Shown here: positions 9,589 through 19,623 of the stretch, piece by piece
Position numbering within the stretch: the first letter of the stretch is position 1
Layout: each line of letters opens with the position of its first letter
Source: Acidimicrobiia bacterium
GTDB taxonomy: Bacteria > Actinomycetota > Acidimicrobiia > Acidimicrobiales > MedAcidi-G1
NCBI GenBank assembly: GCA_012959995.1
Contig: DUCC01000020.1
Coordinates: forward strand, 13,744-77,743
Direction: 5' to 3'
Length of the DNA stretch: 64,000 nt
The notes under the pieces: model-generated
What the model was told of the DNA's origin: nothing
What the model saw: the letters and a program-made list of their open reading frames with translations, nothing else
The model's database searches: none
Position numbers and translations under genes: made by a program

Positions 9589-12387
9589 ATGGGGAAAGGA
9601 GCAAAGAGCCAGCGGGCTTTTCTTGTTTTTCTTGTTGCTGCCGTAGTAAATGTGGTACCGGTAGCGGCCACGGAGCCTTCTATGCCTTTGCCGCCAGAAG
9701 AGATCGCCTGGTCAACGGCCGGCGCTGAAATTGAGGCGAAAGGGTGGGTAGATGGGCAAGCCGCCACCACCATGGCTAAGGCTGAACTTTTTTCTGATCC
9801 GACTATTTCTCGTAACCCCTTTGGGCTTTTGGTGCGTTTTGCCGACTCGGCTAGCGCCTTCGACAGAGAACAAGCGCTACTATTGGTGGACGGTTTTTTA
9901 GTGGGCGAACCGCTGGATGGCACCGCAACTTATTTGGTGGAAACTTTACGGAACCTTGATGATTCGCTAGCTGTTTTGCAGGAGACAGCGGGAGTCGAAT
10001 GGGTAGGTTTCGATGAAGTAATGCAAGCCACCGTGTTGCCGAGCGACCCCGACTTAGACCAACTCTGGGGCCTCAACGGTACTTACGGCATCGATGCCCC
10101 GGGCGCTTGGGCGCAAACGCTCGGCGACCCGTCGGTGGTGGTGGCCATTATCGACACTGGGGTTGATCTTGACCACCCAGACTTATTGGCCAACCTGTGG
10201 GTGAACTTGGGTGAAATAGCCGGTAACGGCCTCGACGATGATGGCAACGGCTACGTCGACGACATCCATGGCTACGACTTTGTCAACGACGATGGTGACC
10301 CCAACGATGACAACAACCACGGCACGCATGTGGCGGGCACCATCGCTGCGGTGGCCGACACGGTCGGTGTGGTGGGGGTGGCCCCCGACACAAAAATAAT
10401 GGCCTTGAAGTTTCTTGACGATAAAGGTTCGGGGTTCGTGTCAGATGCAGTGTTGGCTTTAACTTATGCAGTGAACAATGGGGCGCAAATTTCTAATAAT
10501 TCGTGGGGCGGTGGTGGTGCTGAAGCAGCCATGTCAACCATGTTGGATACCGCAGAAGTAGCCAACCACCTTTTTGTGGCAGCCGCCGGCAACGAAGCTA
10601 ACGACAATGATGCCAACCCCACTTATCCTGCTTCTTATAGCCAGGCCAATGTGTTGACCGTGGCTTCTAACCAAAGCGATGGTGCGCTCTCTAGCTTTAG
10701 CAACTATGGAGCCACTTCGGTAGATGTGGTGGCGCCTGGCTCGGGTATTTTGTCTTCGGTGGTGGGCGGCGGGTACGCCACCTTTAGCGGCACTTCTATG
10801 GCTGCCCCTCATGTGGCCGGGGTGGCGGCGCTCATGCGCGCGGTGGACTCCAGCATCACCTATGCCAGCATTAAACAATTTCTCATTGATACGGCCACCG
10901 TTGATCCACGGTTAACCACGGTGGCGGTTTCGGGCGGAGTAATTAATGCGGCCGCGGCGGTCACCGCGGCTTCGGGAGCGGGGCCTTCGTTGAGCGTGAC
11001 GGCCACGGAAACTTCGGTCACTGAAGGTGCGACGGTTACTTTTACCGCAGTAGCCGCCGACCAAAGCAGCGTTGATGTGTCAACCCAAGTCAATTGGAGT
11101 CTGGACGGTACTGCTTTAGGCACGGGAGATACGTTGGTTTATTCGGCCGATACCCCGGGCAGCATGCGTATTCGTGCCGAGGTGACCACCGGTGGGTTCA
11201 CTACCCTGGTTATCACTACTTTGACGGTGATCGCCATTGTGCGTACGGTCACCGTGAGTAGCCCCAACGGGGGTGAAGACTTTGCTGTTGGTGAAGCGGT
11301 AGCCATCAATTGGACTTCAGTGGGCCCGGTGGGCAACGTGGATGTCTCGGTGATTAGCCAAATTTCTGGTTCTATGGAGTATGCGGCGGCCGCCGGTTTG
11401 CCCATCATTGACCAGCAAACGACCACCATGACGATCAACGTGCCTTATTCAGCCAGCATCGCCACTTTGGAAGTGGGGTTACGCCTTGACCACACCTACG
11501 ACGGGGATTTGTATATAACGCTTGCTCATCCCAACGGAACTACGGTGGTTTTGGCGAACTACGTTGGTGGTTGGGGAGACAACTTCGGCAGCGGGGCACA
11601 GAGTTGTTCGGGGTCGCTTACCGTGTTTTCTGATGGTGGAGAAGTTGCCGTAGGGTCGGGGTCGGCTCCATTTGTCGGCAAGTTCCAGCCGGCCGAAGCG
11701 CTTTCGGCTTTTGCTGGTTTGGACACTGTAGGGGATTGGGTTTTGTCCGTTACTGATTCGGCCGACTTGGATACTGGTTCTCTTTTTTGTACAGAGTTAG
11801 ACTTTTTTGGCACGAATACGTTGGTTGCTTCCGGTCTTGACGTAAACGTGGGGACGGTTGAGTGGACCGTGCCCGAGGCGGTGAATGCCTCAAATTTGAT
11901 GGTTTCGGTAGGGAACGATTTGGCTTCGGACACTTCGGACAGCGTGTTTACCATCGCTGGTGGGCCGCCGGTGACGACGACCACCACGACTCTCCCGCCG
12001 ACTTTTGATGCCAGTTCGGGTTTCCCCTCCACGCCACAAGACGAATACCTTGTCTTGACCGGCTACTTCGATGACGAACTACTGGGGGTCGTTCAAGCCG
12101 CCGACTACCTGGGTCAGTCCCCGTCCCAGTTGCAAACACTTTCCGTGGGAGTGCTGGCTTTTTTGATGGCCTTGGCGGGTTCTGATCAACCAGATTGGTC
12201 GACAGGCTCCCCACCGGATATAAGCGGAAACAACGTGGTGCAAAGCCACTTCTTTTCTTTGGACGGCACCCAGGGGGCTTTAGAGGCAGTAGCGGCGGCC
12301 ACCGGCCTCACCGGGGCGCAGACCCAGAAATTCGCTACTTCGGTCGTGGTCTTTTTGATTCTGCTGGCCATGGCCCGCAGTAGTTAA
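9589..12387 (+). CDS. Secreted S8 peptidase paralog (one P-domain, same C-terminal domain)
   Basis: Signal peptide, D/H/S triad motifs, colinear with 5746..9507 but lacking the second P-domain module. Stop overlaps the smpB stop. Confidence 0.92.
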   Translation: MGKGAKSQRAFLVFLVAAVVNVVPVAATEPSMPLPPEEIAWSTAGAEIEAKGWVDGQAATTMAKAELFSDPTISRNPFGLLVRFADSASAFDREQALLLVDGFLVGEPLDGTATYLVETLRNLDDSLAVLQETAGVEWVGFDEVMQATVLPSDPDLDQLWGLNGTYGIDAPGAWAQTLGDPSVVVAIIDTGVDLDHPDLLANLWVNLGEIAGNGLDDDGNGYVDDIHGYDFVNDDGDPNDDNNHGTHVAGTIAAVADTVGVVGVAPDTKIMALKFLDDKGSGFVSDAVLALTYAVNNGAQISNNSWGGGGAEAAMSTMLDTAEVANHLFVAAAGNEANDNDANPTYPASYSQANVLTVASNQSDGALSSFSNYGATSVDVVAPGSGILSSVVGGGYATFSGTSMAAPHVAGVAALMRAVDSSITYASIKQFLIDTATVDPRLTTVAVSGGVINAAAAVTAASGAGPSLSVTATETSVTEGATVTFTAVAADQSSVDVSTQVNWSLDGTALGTGDTLVYSADTPGSMRIRAEVTTGGFTTLVITTLTVIAIVRTVTVSSPNGGEDFAVGEAVAINWTSVGPVGNVDVSVISQISGSMEYAAAAGLPIIDQQTTTMTINVPYSASIATLEVGLRLDHTYDGDLYITLAHPNGTTVVLANYVGGWGDNFGSGAQSCSGSLTVFSDGGEVAVGSGSAPFVGKFQPAEALSAFAGLDTVGDWVLSVTDSADLDTGSLFCTELDFFGTNTLVASGLDVNVGTVEWTVPEAVNASNLMVSVGNDLASDTSDSVFTIAGGPPVTTTTTTLPPTFDASSGFPSTPQDEYLVLTGYFDDELLGVVQAADYLGQSPSQLQTLSVGVLAFLMALAGSDQPDWSTGSPPDISGNNVVQSHFFSLDGTQGALEAVAAATGLTGAQTQKFATSVVVFLILLAMARSS

Positions 12388-12860
12388 AGGCCGCGTCTTT
12401 GGCGACCCATGGCTCGCTGGGCTTCCCGCTCGGCATCGCGTTTAGCTAAGGCATGACGCTTGTCGTAGGTGGCTCGGCCTCGGGCTAAAGCCACCTCAAT
12501 CTTGGCTCGGCCGTTTTTAAAATAAAGCGACAGGGGCACCAAGGTCAGACCGTCACGGTCCAGGCGGTCGGTTATGCGAGAAATCTCCCGGCGATGCAAC
12601 AAAAGCTTTTTTTGGCGGTCGGGGTCGTGGCCAAAAGCTTCGTTGCCGCTATTGCGGTAAGGGGAAATGTGTAAACCCACCAGCCAGAGTTGGCCTCCTT
12701 CGGCTCGGCCAAAAGCTTCTGAGATTTGGACTTTGGCTTCACGTAAAGATTTAACTTCGCTGCCTTGCAGAACTAGCCCTGCTTCCCAAGTGTCAAAGAG
12801 TTCGTAGTTGCGGCGCGCTAAACGGTTCGAAGCGATAATCCGATCATTTTCTTGCGCCAT
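12384..12860 (-). CDS. smpB: SsrA-binding protein
   Basis: EAGLVLQGSEVKSLR, KLLLHRREI, LVPLSLYFKNGRAK, YDKR. Confidence 0.97.
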   Translation of the reverse strand: MAQENDRIIASNRLARRNYELFDTWEAGLVLQGSEVKSLREAKVQISEAFGRAEGGQLWLVGLHISPYRNSGNEAFGHDPDRQKKLLLHRREISRITDRLDRDGLTLVPLSLYFKNGRAKIEVALARGRATYDKRHALAKRDAEREAQRAMGRQRRGL

Positions 12861-12906
12861 GCTTTAAGGGTACTGCCCCGGAGGTCAGAGGATTAGCCTC
12901 TGGGGT

Positions 12907-13338
12907 ATGAACGATGACCTTTTGGTGCTTACTGCAGATGCCCATCAATCCATGATCGCCCACGCATTGGCTGGGTTGCCTCATGAAGCCTGCGGCCTTT
13001 TTGCCGGCCCCGGTGATGGTTTGATGGTGGATCAGTTTTTTCCGATGACTAACGCGGCTGCTTCGCGTGAGATTTATGTGCTGGATGGCAACGAAATGCT
13101 TGAGGTAGAAGCCCAAGTGGATGCTGATCAGCGCACGCTGGTAGGGGTCATGCATAGCCATACCCACACCACGGCCTATCCGTCGCCCACTGATGTGGCG
13201 GATGCCGGTCGGTTCGATCCTTTTGGGGCGTGGATATTCGTCATTGTGTCGCTTAAGCACCCTGAAGCGGTGTTGCGGGCTTACCGCATTTTGGACGGCC
13301 TGATCACTGAGGTGTCGGTTGTGGTGGACCACGGTTAG
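12907..13338 (+). CDS. mec: M67/JAB family metallopeptidase (Mec-like CysO-cysteine peptidase)
   Basis: PHEACG and HSHTHTTAYPSPTD JAMM motif. Upstream of cysM. Confidence 0.8.
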   Translation: MNDDLLVLTADAHQSMIAHALAGLPHEACGLFAGPGDGLMVDQFFPMTNAAASREIYVLDGNEMLEVEAQVDADQRTLVGVMHSHTHTTAYPSPTDVADAGRFDPFGAWIFVIVSLKHPEAVLRAYRILDGLITEVSVVVDHG

Positions 13339-13407
13339 AATCCCGACTTAACTAGTCGTATTTAACCTCAAGCGAGGAATTCCTCGTTCGAAAGGCAGCA
13401 ACCCGCA

Positions 13408-14367
13408 ATGGCGGTTTATTCCTCAGTACTGGAACTCATAGGCAACACCCCCATGGTGGACGTTTCATGTCTTAGCCCGAACCCGCTTGTACGTATTTTT
13501 GCCAAACTAGAAAGCCAAAACCCTGCCGGGTCAGTTAAAGACCGCATAGCAAAGGCCATGGTGGACGAAGCGGAAAAAGACGGAACCCTCACCCCAGGCT
13601 GCACCATTATTGAGCCTTCTTCGGGTAACACCGGCATTGCTTTGGCTATGATTTCTCGCCTCCGTGGGTACCACCTCAAGGTGGTGCTTCCCGAAAATGT
13701 TTCTGTAGAGCGACGACAAATGCTCAAAGTCTTTGGTGCCGAAATTATTGACTCGCCGGGCGAAGAAGGGTCCAATGGTGCGGTGCGAATGGCGCAACAC
13801 CTCGCCGAACAAAACCCATCGTGGGTGTTTCTTTACCAATACGCCAACCACGCCAACCCGCAAACCCATTACGCCACCACCGGCCCAGAAATATTGGCCG
13901 ACGTGCCCGACCTCACCCACTTCGTGGCCGGCCTCGGTACCAGCGGCACCCTCATGGGGGTGGGGAGCTACCTCAAGGAGCAGCGACCCGAGGTAAAAGT
14001 TTTGGCGGTAGAACCCCCAGCAGGGGAGTTGGTGCAAGGCCTGCGCAGTCTTGACGACGGGTACATTCCGCCGATTTACGAAAAATGGGGAGGCGACGAC
14101 ATTTTGGACGGCAAACGAATAGTGCGTCCCCGAGAGTCAATCATGGGCACGCGCCGACTGGCCAGCGAATGCGGCATTTTTGCTGGCATTTCTGCCGGGG
14201 CCGCCGTAGCGGGTGCCATCAAAGTAGCAGAAGACCTGCCCAACGGAGAAAGTGCCACCGTAGTCATCGTGGTAAGTGACGGCGGATGGAAGTATCTTTC
14301 CACCGGTACTTGGACCGACGACCTTGATCAGGCCGCCGCTCAAGCCGACAACACCATCTACTTCTAA
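13408..14367 (+). CDS. cysM: PLP-dependent cysteine synthase, CysM type
   Basis: [14 protein letters not shown] (PLP Lys), [25 protein letters not shown]. The mec-cysM-rph-rdgB order resembles the mycobacterial locus. Confidence 0.85.
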   Translation: MAVYSSVLELIGNTPMVDVSCLSPNPLVRIFAKLESQNPAGSVKDRIAKAMVDEAEKDGTLTPGCTIIEPSSGNTGIALAMISRLRGYHLKVVLPENVSVERRQMLKVFGAEIIDSPGEEGSNGAVRMAQHLAEQNPSWVFLYQYANHANPQTHYATTGPEILADVPDLTHFVAGLGTSGTLMGVGSYLKEQRPEVKVLAVEPPAGELVQGLRSLDDGYIPPIYEKWGGDDILDGKRIVRPRESIMGTRRLASECGIFAGISAGAAVAGAIKVAEDLPNGESATVVIVVSDGGWKYLSTGTWTDDLDQAAAQADNTIYF

Positions 14368-14401
14368 TAACCAGCCCGGGCCTGCCCGGCGAGGAGAACC
14401 A

Positions 14402-15121
14402 GTGCGACCCGACGGCCGACAAAACAACGAACTACGTCCCTTGACCTTCGAACGAGACTTCACCGAAATGGCTTTAGGGTCCTGCTTGGTTTCTTTCGGC
14501 CGCACCCGGGTTTTATGTACCGCTTCGGTAAACGACCGAGTGCCGCCCTGGCTACGCAACACCGGCCAAGGCTGGGTAACCGCCGAATACGCCATGCTGC
14601 CCGGCTCAAGCCCCGAACGGGTACGTCGTAAAACCTCGGGCCGGAGCCAAGAAATTCAGCGCTTAATCGGCCGTTCTTTACGGGCCGTAGTTGACCTTGA
14701 TGCCTTGGGCGAACGAGAAGTAACCGTCGATTGTGATGTTCTTCAAGCCGACGGTGGCACCCGTACCGCATCAATCTGTGGCGGCTACGTTGCCCTGCAC
14801 GATGCCTTCACCCGTTTGGTGGCATCCGGAGAAATAGCAGCCAACCCACTTAACGAAGAACTGGCAGCCATCTCGGTGGGCATCATCGAAGGCGAAGTAC
14901 GACTCGACCTTCCTTACATCGAAGACGCCGCCGCCGAAGTGGACTTCAACGTAGTCATGAACGGTTCAGGCCACTTTGTAGAAGTCCAAGGAACCGCCGA
15001 AGGAGCAACCTTCAACCGGGAACAACTCGACGGGTTAGTAGACATGGCTGCTTCGGGCATCACCACCATCGTGGAAGCCCAGCGAGCGGTATTGGCGCAA
15101 CCACCAGCACCTCGAAGCTAA
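14402..15121 (+). CDS. rph: Ribonuclease PH
   Basis: [51 protein letters not shown]. Start set at GTG 14402. Confidence 0.96.
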   Translation: MRPDGRQNNELRPLTFERDFTEMALGSCLVSFGRTRVLCTASVNDRVPPWLRNTGQGWVTAEYAMLPGSSPERVRRKTSGRSQEIQRLIGRSLRAVVDLDALGEREVTVDCDVLQADGGTRTASICGGYVALHDAFTRLVASGEIAANPLNEELAAISVGIIEGEVRLDLPYIEDAAAEVDFNVVMNGSGHFVEVQGTAEGATFNREQLDGLVDMAASGITTIVEAQRAVLAQPPAPRS

Positions 15122-15127
15122 AACTCG

Positions 15128-15724
15128 GTGAGTCTTTTGCAGTTGGTGGTAGCCAGCGCCAACCCCGACAAAGTGGCCGAAATGGCTCTAGTTCTTGAGG
15201 GGATAGTGGACCTTCTGCCTCGGCCTAAAAATGTGCCCGAGGTAGAAGAAGACCAAGACACCCTAGAAGGCAACGCACGGCTAAAAGCCCAGGCCATTAC
15301 CCACGCCACCGGCTTGCCGGCGCTGGCCGACGACACCGGTTTGTTCGTTGACGCCTTAGGTGGAGCCCCCGGTGTGTGGTCGGCTCGTTACGCCGGAGAA
15401 CAAGCGACCTACCAAGACAACGTAGACAAACTATTAAAAGAACTTACGGGAGTAGCACCCGAGCGCCGCACCGCCCGCTTTCAAACGGTGGTTCTTTTGT
15501 GCTTCCCCGACGGCACCGAAATAACGGCCACCGGCACAGTCGAAGGCCGTATCGCCCAACAAGAACAAGGACAGCAAGGGTTTGGTTACGACCCGTTGTT
15601 TGTACCCGTCGAAGGCGATGGACGTTCGTTCGCCGAAATGGGAGACGAAAAACATGCGCTTTCTCATCGAGGGCGATCCTTACGGTCATTCGCCCGACAA
15701 CTCGATGCACTAAAATCTAGTTAG
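15128..15724 (+). CDS. rdgB: Non-canonical purine NTP pyrophosphatase (HAM1 family)
   Basis: ASANPDK, NARLKA, ADDTGL, GAPGVWSARYAG, GFGYDPLF, SHRG. Confidence 0.95.
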   Translation: MSLLQLVVASANPDKVAEMALVLEGIVDLLPRPKNVPEVEEDQDTLEGNARLKAQAITHATGLPALADDTGLFVDALGGAPGVWSARYAGEQATYQDNVDKLLKELTGVAPERRTARFQTVVLLCFPDGTEITATGTVEGRIAQQEQGQQGFGYDPLFVPVEGDGRSFAEMGDEKHALSHRGRSLRSFARQLDALKSS

Positions 15725-18158
15725 GCGAAACCTCAGAGGGATTAAACGACTTCCCTAAAAAACGTTCAAACTCTGCATCGGTAACCGGCTCAGAAAAGTG
15801 AAACCCTTGGGCATGATCGCATTGCAGTTGCCGCAAATGATGCAACTGGGTTTCGGTCTCCACCCCTTCGGCCACTACTTGTAAACCCAAACTATGGGCC
15901 AAGGCAATGGTGCCGGTAATGATGGCCGAATCGTCATCGTCGGTGCCGAGGCCAGTCATAAACGAGCGATCGATCTTCAAAAAATCAATGGGGAAACGCT
16001 TAAGGTAAGCCAAAGAAGAAAACCCGGTACCAAAATCGTCAAGACCGGTGCGCACCCCTAAGGCTTGGAGTTCTTCCAAAATGGCTTCCGTTACCGGGTT
16101 AGCGGCAATCAAAGCGCTCTCGGTGAACTCCAAAGCCACCAACGCCGGGTCAAGATGATTAGATAAGAGCGTAGTGCCGACCATTTTGGGAAAATCCGGG
16201 TCAGCCAATTGGCGCGCCGACACGTTTACGGCCACGCTCAATGGCTCGGCTACTTTTTTGTTCCAAGACGCTAAAGATTGCAACGCTTGGTTTAGTACTT
16301 GGGAACCTAAGTCAGCAATTAGTCCGGTGTCTTCGGCAATGTCGATGAACTGATCGGGGAGCAACAGGTCGCCGTTTTCGGCACGAATACGTGCCAAAGC
16401 CTCGGCTCCCACCACCGTCATGTCGGCTATACGGATCACCGGCTGAAAATAAGCTTCCACGCGGCCATCGGCTAAAGCTTGGCGAAGTTCTTGTTCGACG
16501 CTACGGCGACGCACCGCTTGATCACGGAGATGATCATCAAAGACTTCGGCCCGGTCGCGGCCTTTGTCTTTAGCCCGGTACAAGGCAATGTCGGCGTCTC
16601 GCAACAAATCGTCGGGGGATTCCTGGCCGTGGGCCAAAGCAATACCAATGCTGGTGCTAACTACAGCAGATTCGCTGCCCAAGGTCATCGGTATCCCGAG
16701 GGAGCGTCGTACCCGTTCGGCGGCTACCAAAGCATCGGTAGTGCGAGCCATGTCAGAAATAATCACCACAAACTCATCGCCCCCCAAGCGGGCCACCGTG
16801 TCGCCGGGACGCACCGTCAAAGCTAAGCGCCGGGCTACCTCCCGCAGCAACTCGTCGCCCGAACCGTGGCCCAACGAATCGTTTATCACTTTGAAATGGT
16901 CAAGGTCAAGAAAAAGAATCCCTACCATGCGGTCATGGCGTGAAGCCCGGTGCAGGGCATCGCGTAAACGTTCCAGCAACAAAGCCCGATTGGGTAAACC
17001 CGTCAGTTCATCATGGAAGGCCCGCTCTTCGAGTTGGGCGGTTACCTCAACTCGTTCGGTGATGTCTCGAGCGTTTACTACCACGCCAGCCACCGCCGGG
17101 TTCTCTAACAAATTGGTGGCCACGATCTCCATGTGTAGCCAACTCCCATCTTGGTGAGAAATGCGTGCGTCAAAGGCCGGAGACATGCCGGGGGTAGCGA
17201 TGACCTCCGGTGCTTGGGCGATTAAATCGAGCTGATCATCGGGGTGCACCAAGTCAACTACCGGTAAACCTTCGAGACCCAAAACATCACGCCCTAAGAC
17301 GCGCCCCACGGCGGGGCTGGCGTAAATGATGTTCCCATCGCTGCCGACTACCGCAACTAAATCTGAAGCGTGTTCAACCAGGGCAGCCAAACGAACCTCT
17401 GACGCTTCGACCCTTTGTTGTGCCGCATGCAACGCACTGAGGTCTCGCGCCACCAAAGAGATGGCATCAATTTGGTTAGTGACTGTTCGATGCGCCACCA
17501 GCAAAGCCGAAACGGGAACCAAAGCATTGCTCCCAACCCGTTTAGCGGTCAGATGAAACTCGCCTCGCCAAGTGTCGTGCGAACGTACCGCCGGCAACGC
17601 CGTTGCCGCAAACTGAGCTTGCGACCAGCCATCCAGAAGGTCTAAAAGCCGAGAACCAACAATGTCCGGGGCGAGGTCTTCGAGCGCTTTGTTGGCCCAC
17701 CGAACGGTACGACCGAGCGGATCCAAGATAGCCACCAAATCGGGGCTGGCCTCCAACACCCTGGTGAGTTCCTGCGCCCGATGAGCTTCGTCGAGTTGGC
17801 TCGTGACATCGATAAAAGTAAGCAAGGCCCCGCCTTCAACGGGGGTTACCGAAAGATCTATCCAGCAGGGGTCGCCGTTACGGTTTCGTAAACGCAGGCG
17901 CCCCCGAAAACTTTGTTGCGCAGCCGTTTGTTGCGCCAACTGCGCTAAAAATTCGTCACGGCCCTCGGGATCAATGTGGTCAACCCAGCCTGAGCCCAAA
18001 GTCTCTTCAGGATCTTGACCAGTAAGCAACGACCAGTGATCGTTTACCGCTACACAGTCCTGTGCGTTATCAAGCAGCGCCATGCCCGTTGGGGCGGCCG
18101 CTACTAGGTCGTGCAGCGGTTTCAAAGAACCCGGCCCGGTGTTTTCTTGTTGGTTCAC
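15717..18158 (-). CDS. Multi-PAS diguanylate cyclase/phosphodiesterase (GGDEF-EAL)
   Basis: Three PAS-like segments, HDELTGLPNR, RPGD I-site, intact GGDEF, EAL and DDFGTGFSSL. Confidence 0.93.
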   Translation of the reverse strand: MNQQENTGPGSLKPLHDLVAAAPTGMALLDNAQDCVAVNDHWSLLTGQDPEETLGSGWVDHIDPEGRDEFLAQLAQQTAAQQSFRGRLRLRNRNGDPCWIDLSVTPVEGGALLTFIDVTSQLDEAHRAQELTRVLEASPDLVAILDPLGRTVRWANKALEDLAPDIVGSRLLDLLDGWSQAQFAATALPAVRSHDTWRGEFHLTAKRVGSNALVPVSALLVAHRTVTNQIDAISLVARDLSALHAAQQRVEASEVRLAALVEHASDLVAVVGSDGNIIYASPAVGRVLGRDVLGLEGLPVVDLVHPDDQLDLIAQAPEVIATPGMSPAFDARISHQDGSWLHMEIVATNLLENPAVAGVVVNARDITERVEVTAQLEERAFHDELTGLPNRALLLERLRDALHRASRHDRMVGILFLDLDHFKVINDSLGHGSGDELLREVARRLALTVRPGDTVARLGGDEFVVIISDMARTTDALVAAERVRRSLGIPMTLGSESAVVSTSIGIALAHGQESPDDLLRDADIALYRAKDKGRDRAEVFDDHLRDQAVRRRSVEQELRQALADGRVEAYFQPVIRIADMTVVGAEALARIRAENGDLLLPDQFIDIAEDTGLIADLGSQVLNQALQSLASWNKKVAEPLSVAVNVSARQLADPDFPKMVGTTLLSNHLDPALVALEFTESALIAANPVTEAILEELQALGVRTGLDDFGTGFSSLAYLKRFPIDFLKIDRSFMTGLGTDDDDSAIITGTIALAHSLGLQVVAEGVETETQLHHLRQLQCDHAQGFHFSEPVTDAEFERFLGKSFNPSEVSPN

Positions 18159-18159
18159 G

Positions 18160-18241
18160 TGCGGACGGGGGGACTCGAACCCCCATGCCTTGCGGCGCTG
18201 GCACCTAAAGCCAGTGCGTATGCCAATTTCGCCACGTCCGC
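18160..18241 (-). tRNA. tRNA-Leu(TAG), CCA not encoded
   Basis: GCGGACG/CGTCCGC acceptor stem, CTGGC-TTTAGGT-GCCAG anticodon arm, long variable arm, GGTTCGAGTCC T-arm. Confidence 0.93.
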
Positions 18242-18284
18242 AGACTTAAAGCCTCGGCATGATGAAGCCCAAGGCATAGTCGAT

Positions 18285-18884
18285 TTATTGCATCTCCCCG
18301 CGACGGGCAATGACCTGATCAATGATGCCGTAGTCGCGGGCTTCTTCAGCGGTAAACCAACGATCGCGTTCACTGTCCGCTTCGATGGTTTCATAGGTTT
18401 GACCGGTGTGTTCAGCGATGCGTTCTTGCAACATTTTTTTGGTGTAAGCCATTTGCTCGGCTTGGATAGCAATATCGGAGGCTTGACCTCGTACCCCGCC
18501 CAAAGGCTGATGCATCATGATGCGAGCGTGGGGGAGGGCATAGCGTTTGCCCGGTGCGCCGGCGCAGAGAAGGAATTGCCCCATGGAAGCGCCTAAGCCC
18601 ATGCAGATAGTGCCGACCTCGGGGCCTACAAACTGCATGGTGTCGTAAATTGCCATACCGGCGGTTACCGACCCACCAGGGGAGTTGATGTAGAGCCAAA
18701 TTGTTTTTTCGGCGTCTTGTGCCTCAAGGAAAAGCATTTGAGCGCTGATGTTGTTGGCCACCTCGTCGTTGACGTCGGTGCCCAAAACCACAATGCGGTC
18801 TTTTAGCAAACGACTAAATACGTCGAAGCGTCCACCTTCAGAAAGATCGGCGTTGGCGGTTGGTGAAGAAAAAGAATCGGTCAT
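18285..18884 (-). CDS. clpP: ATP-dependent Clp protease proteolytic subunit
   Basis: [19 protein letters not shown] (Ser), MHQP (His), ERD. Confidence 0.97.
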   Translation of the reverse strand: MTDSFSSPTANADLSEGGRFDVFSRLLKDRIVVLGTDVNDEVANNISAQMLFLEAQDAEKTIWLYINSPGGSVTAGMAIYDTMQFVGPEVGTICMGLGASMGQFLLCAGAPGKRYALPHARIMMHQPLGGVRGQASDIAIQAEQMAYTKKMLQERIAEHTGQTYETIEADSERDRWFTAEEARDYGIIDQVIARRGEMQ

Positions 18885-18934
18885 GGCAGGCAGGTTACCG
18901 TGCGTTGGGCCAAGGTTGGGGGTAAAAAGTGGTC

Positions 18935-19606
18935 TTAACTTTGCGCATCTTCGGCCCGTTGGCGTAAATCCTTGGTGCCCCCGGTCAGCCCGTCGGGGTG
19001 GTTAAACAGTGCGCTGCCCGAAACAAACACGTTGGCTCCGGCGGCCGCTGCTGCAGCGATGGTGGTGGGGCTTATGCCGCCATCAACTTGGAGGTCGCAG
19101 TCGTAGCCTTCAAGCATTTCTGCTACTTGGGTCATTTTTGCTTCCATGGGGGCAATGTAGGCTTGCCCGCCGAACCCGGGGTTTACCGTCATGACGAGCA
19201 CTAAACCCAACAGGTCACGCACATTGGTGATGACCTCAGCGGGGGTGTGAGGGTTTAAAGCGACTGCCGGGGTGGCTCCCAGATCGGCGATAAGTGACAG
19301 TGTGCGGTGCAAGTGGGTGCAGGCTTCGGCGTGGACCGTGATGGTTGAACAACCCGCTTCGACGTAGCGGTGAATGAGTTGATCGGGGTTTACCACCATG
19401 AGGTGAGCTTCAAAGTCAATGGTGAGGTGAGGTCGGATAGCAGCAATGACATCGGGGCCAAGAGACAAGTTGGGGACAAAAACCCCGTCCATGACGTCCC
19501 AATGGATGCGGTCAGCACCTGCTTCTTGAAGTTTCAAACATTCTTCGCCCAAGCGAGAAAAGTCGGCAGGCAAAATTGAGGGGGCAATCGCTACAGATCG
19601 GTTCAT
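18935..19606 (-). CDS. rpe: Ribulose-phosphate 3-epimerase
   Basis: [37 protein letters not shown]. Start at ATG 19606. Confidence 0.96.
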   Translation of the reverse strand: MNRSVAIAPSILPADFSRLGEECLKLQEAGADRIHWDVMDGVFVPNLSLGPDVIAAIRPHLTIDFEAHLMVVNPDQLIHRYVEAGCSTITVHAEACTHLHRTLSLIADLGATPAVALNPHTPAEVITNVRDLLGLVLVMTVNPGFGGQAYIAPMEAKMTQVAEMLEGYDCDLQVDGGISPTTIAAAAAAGANVFVSGSALFNHPDGLTGGTKDLRQRAEDAQS

Positions 19607-19623
19607 GTTCAGGATCCTAGCCG

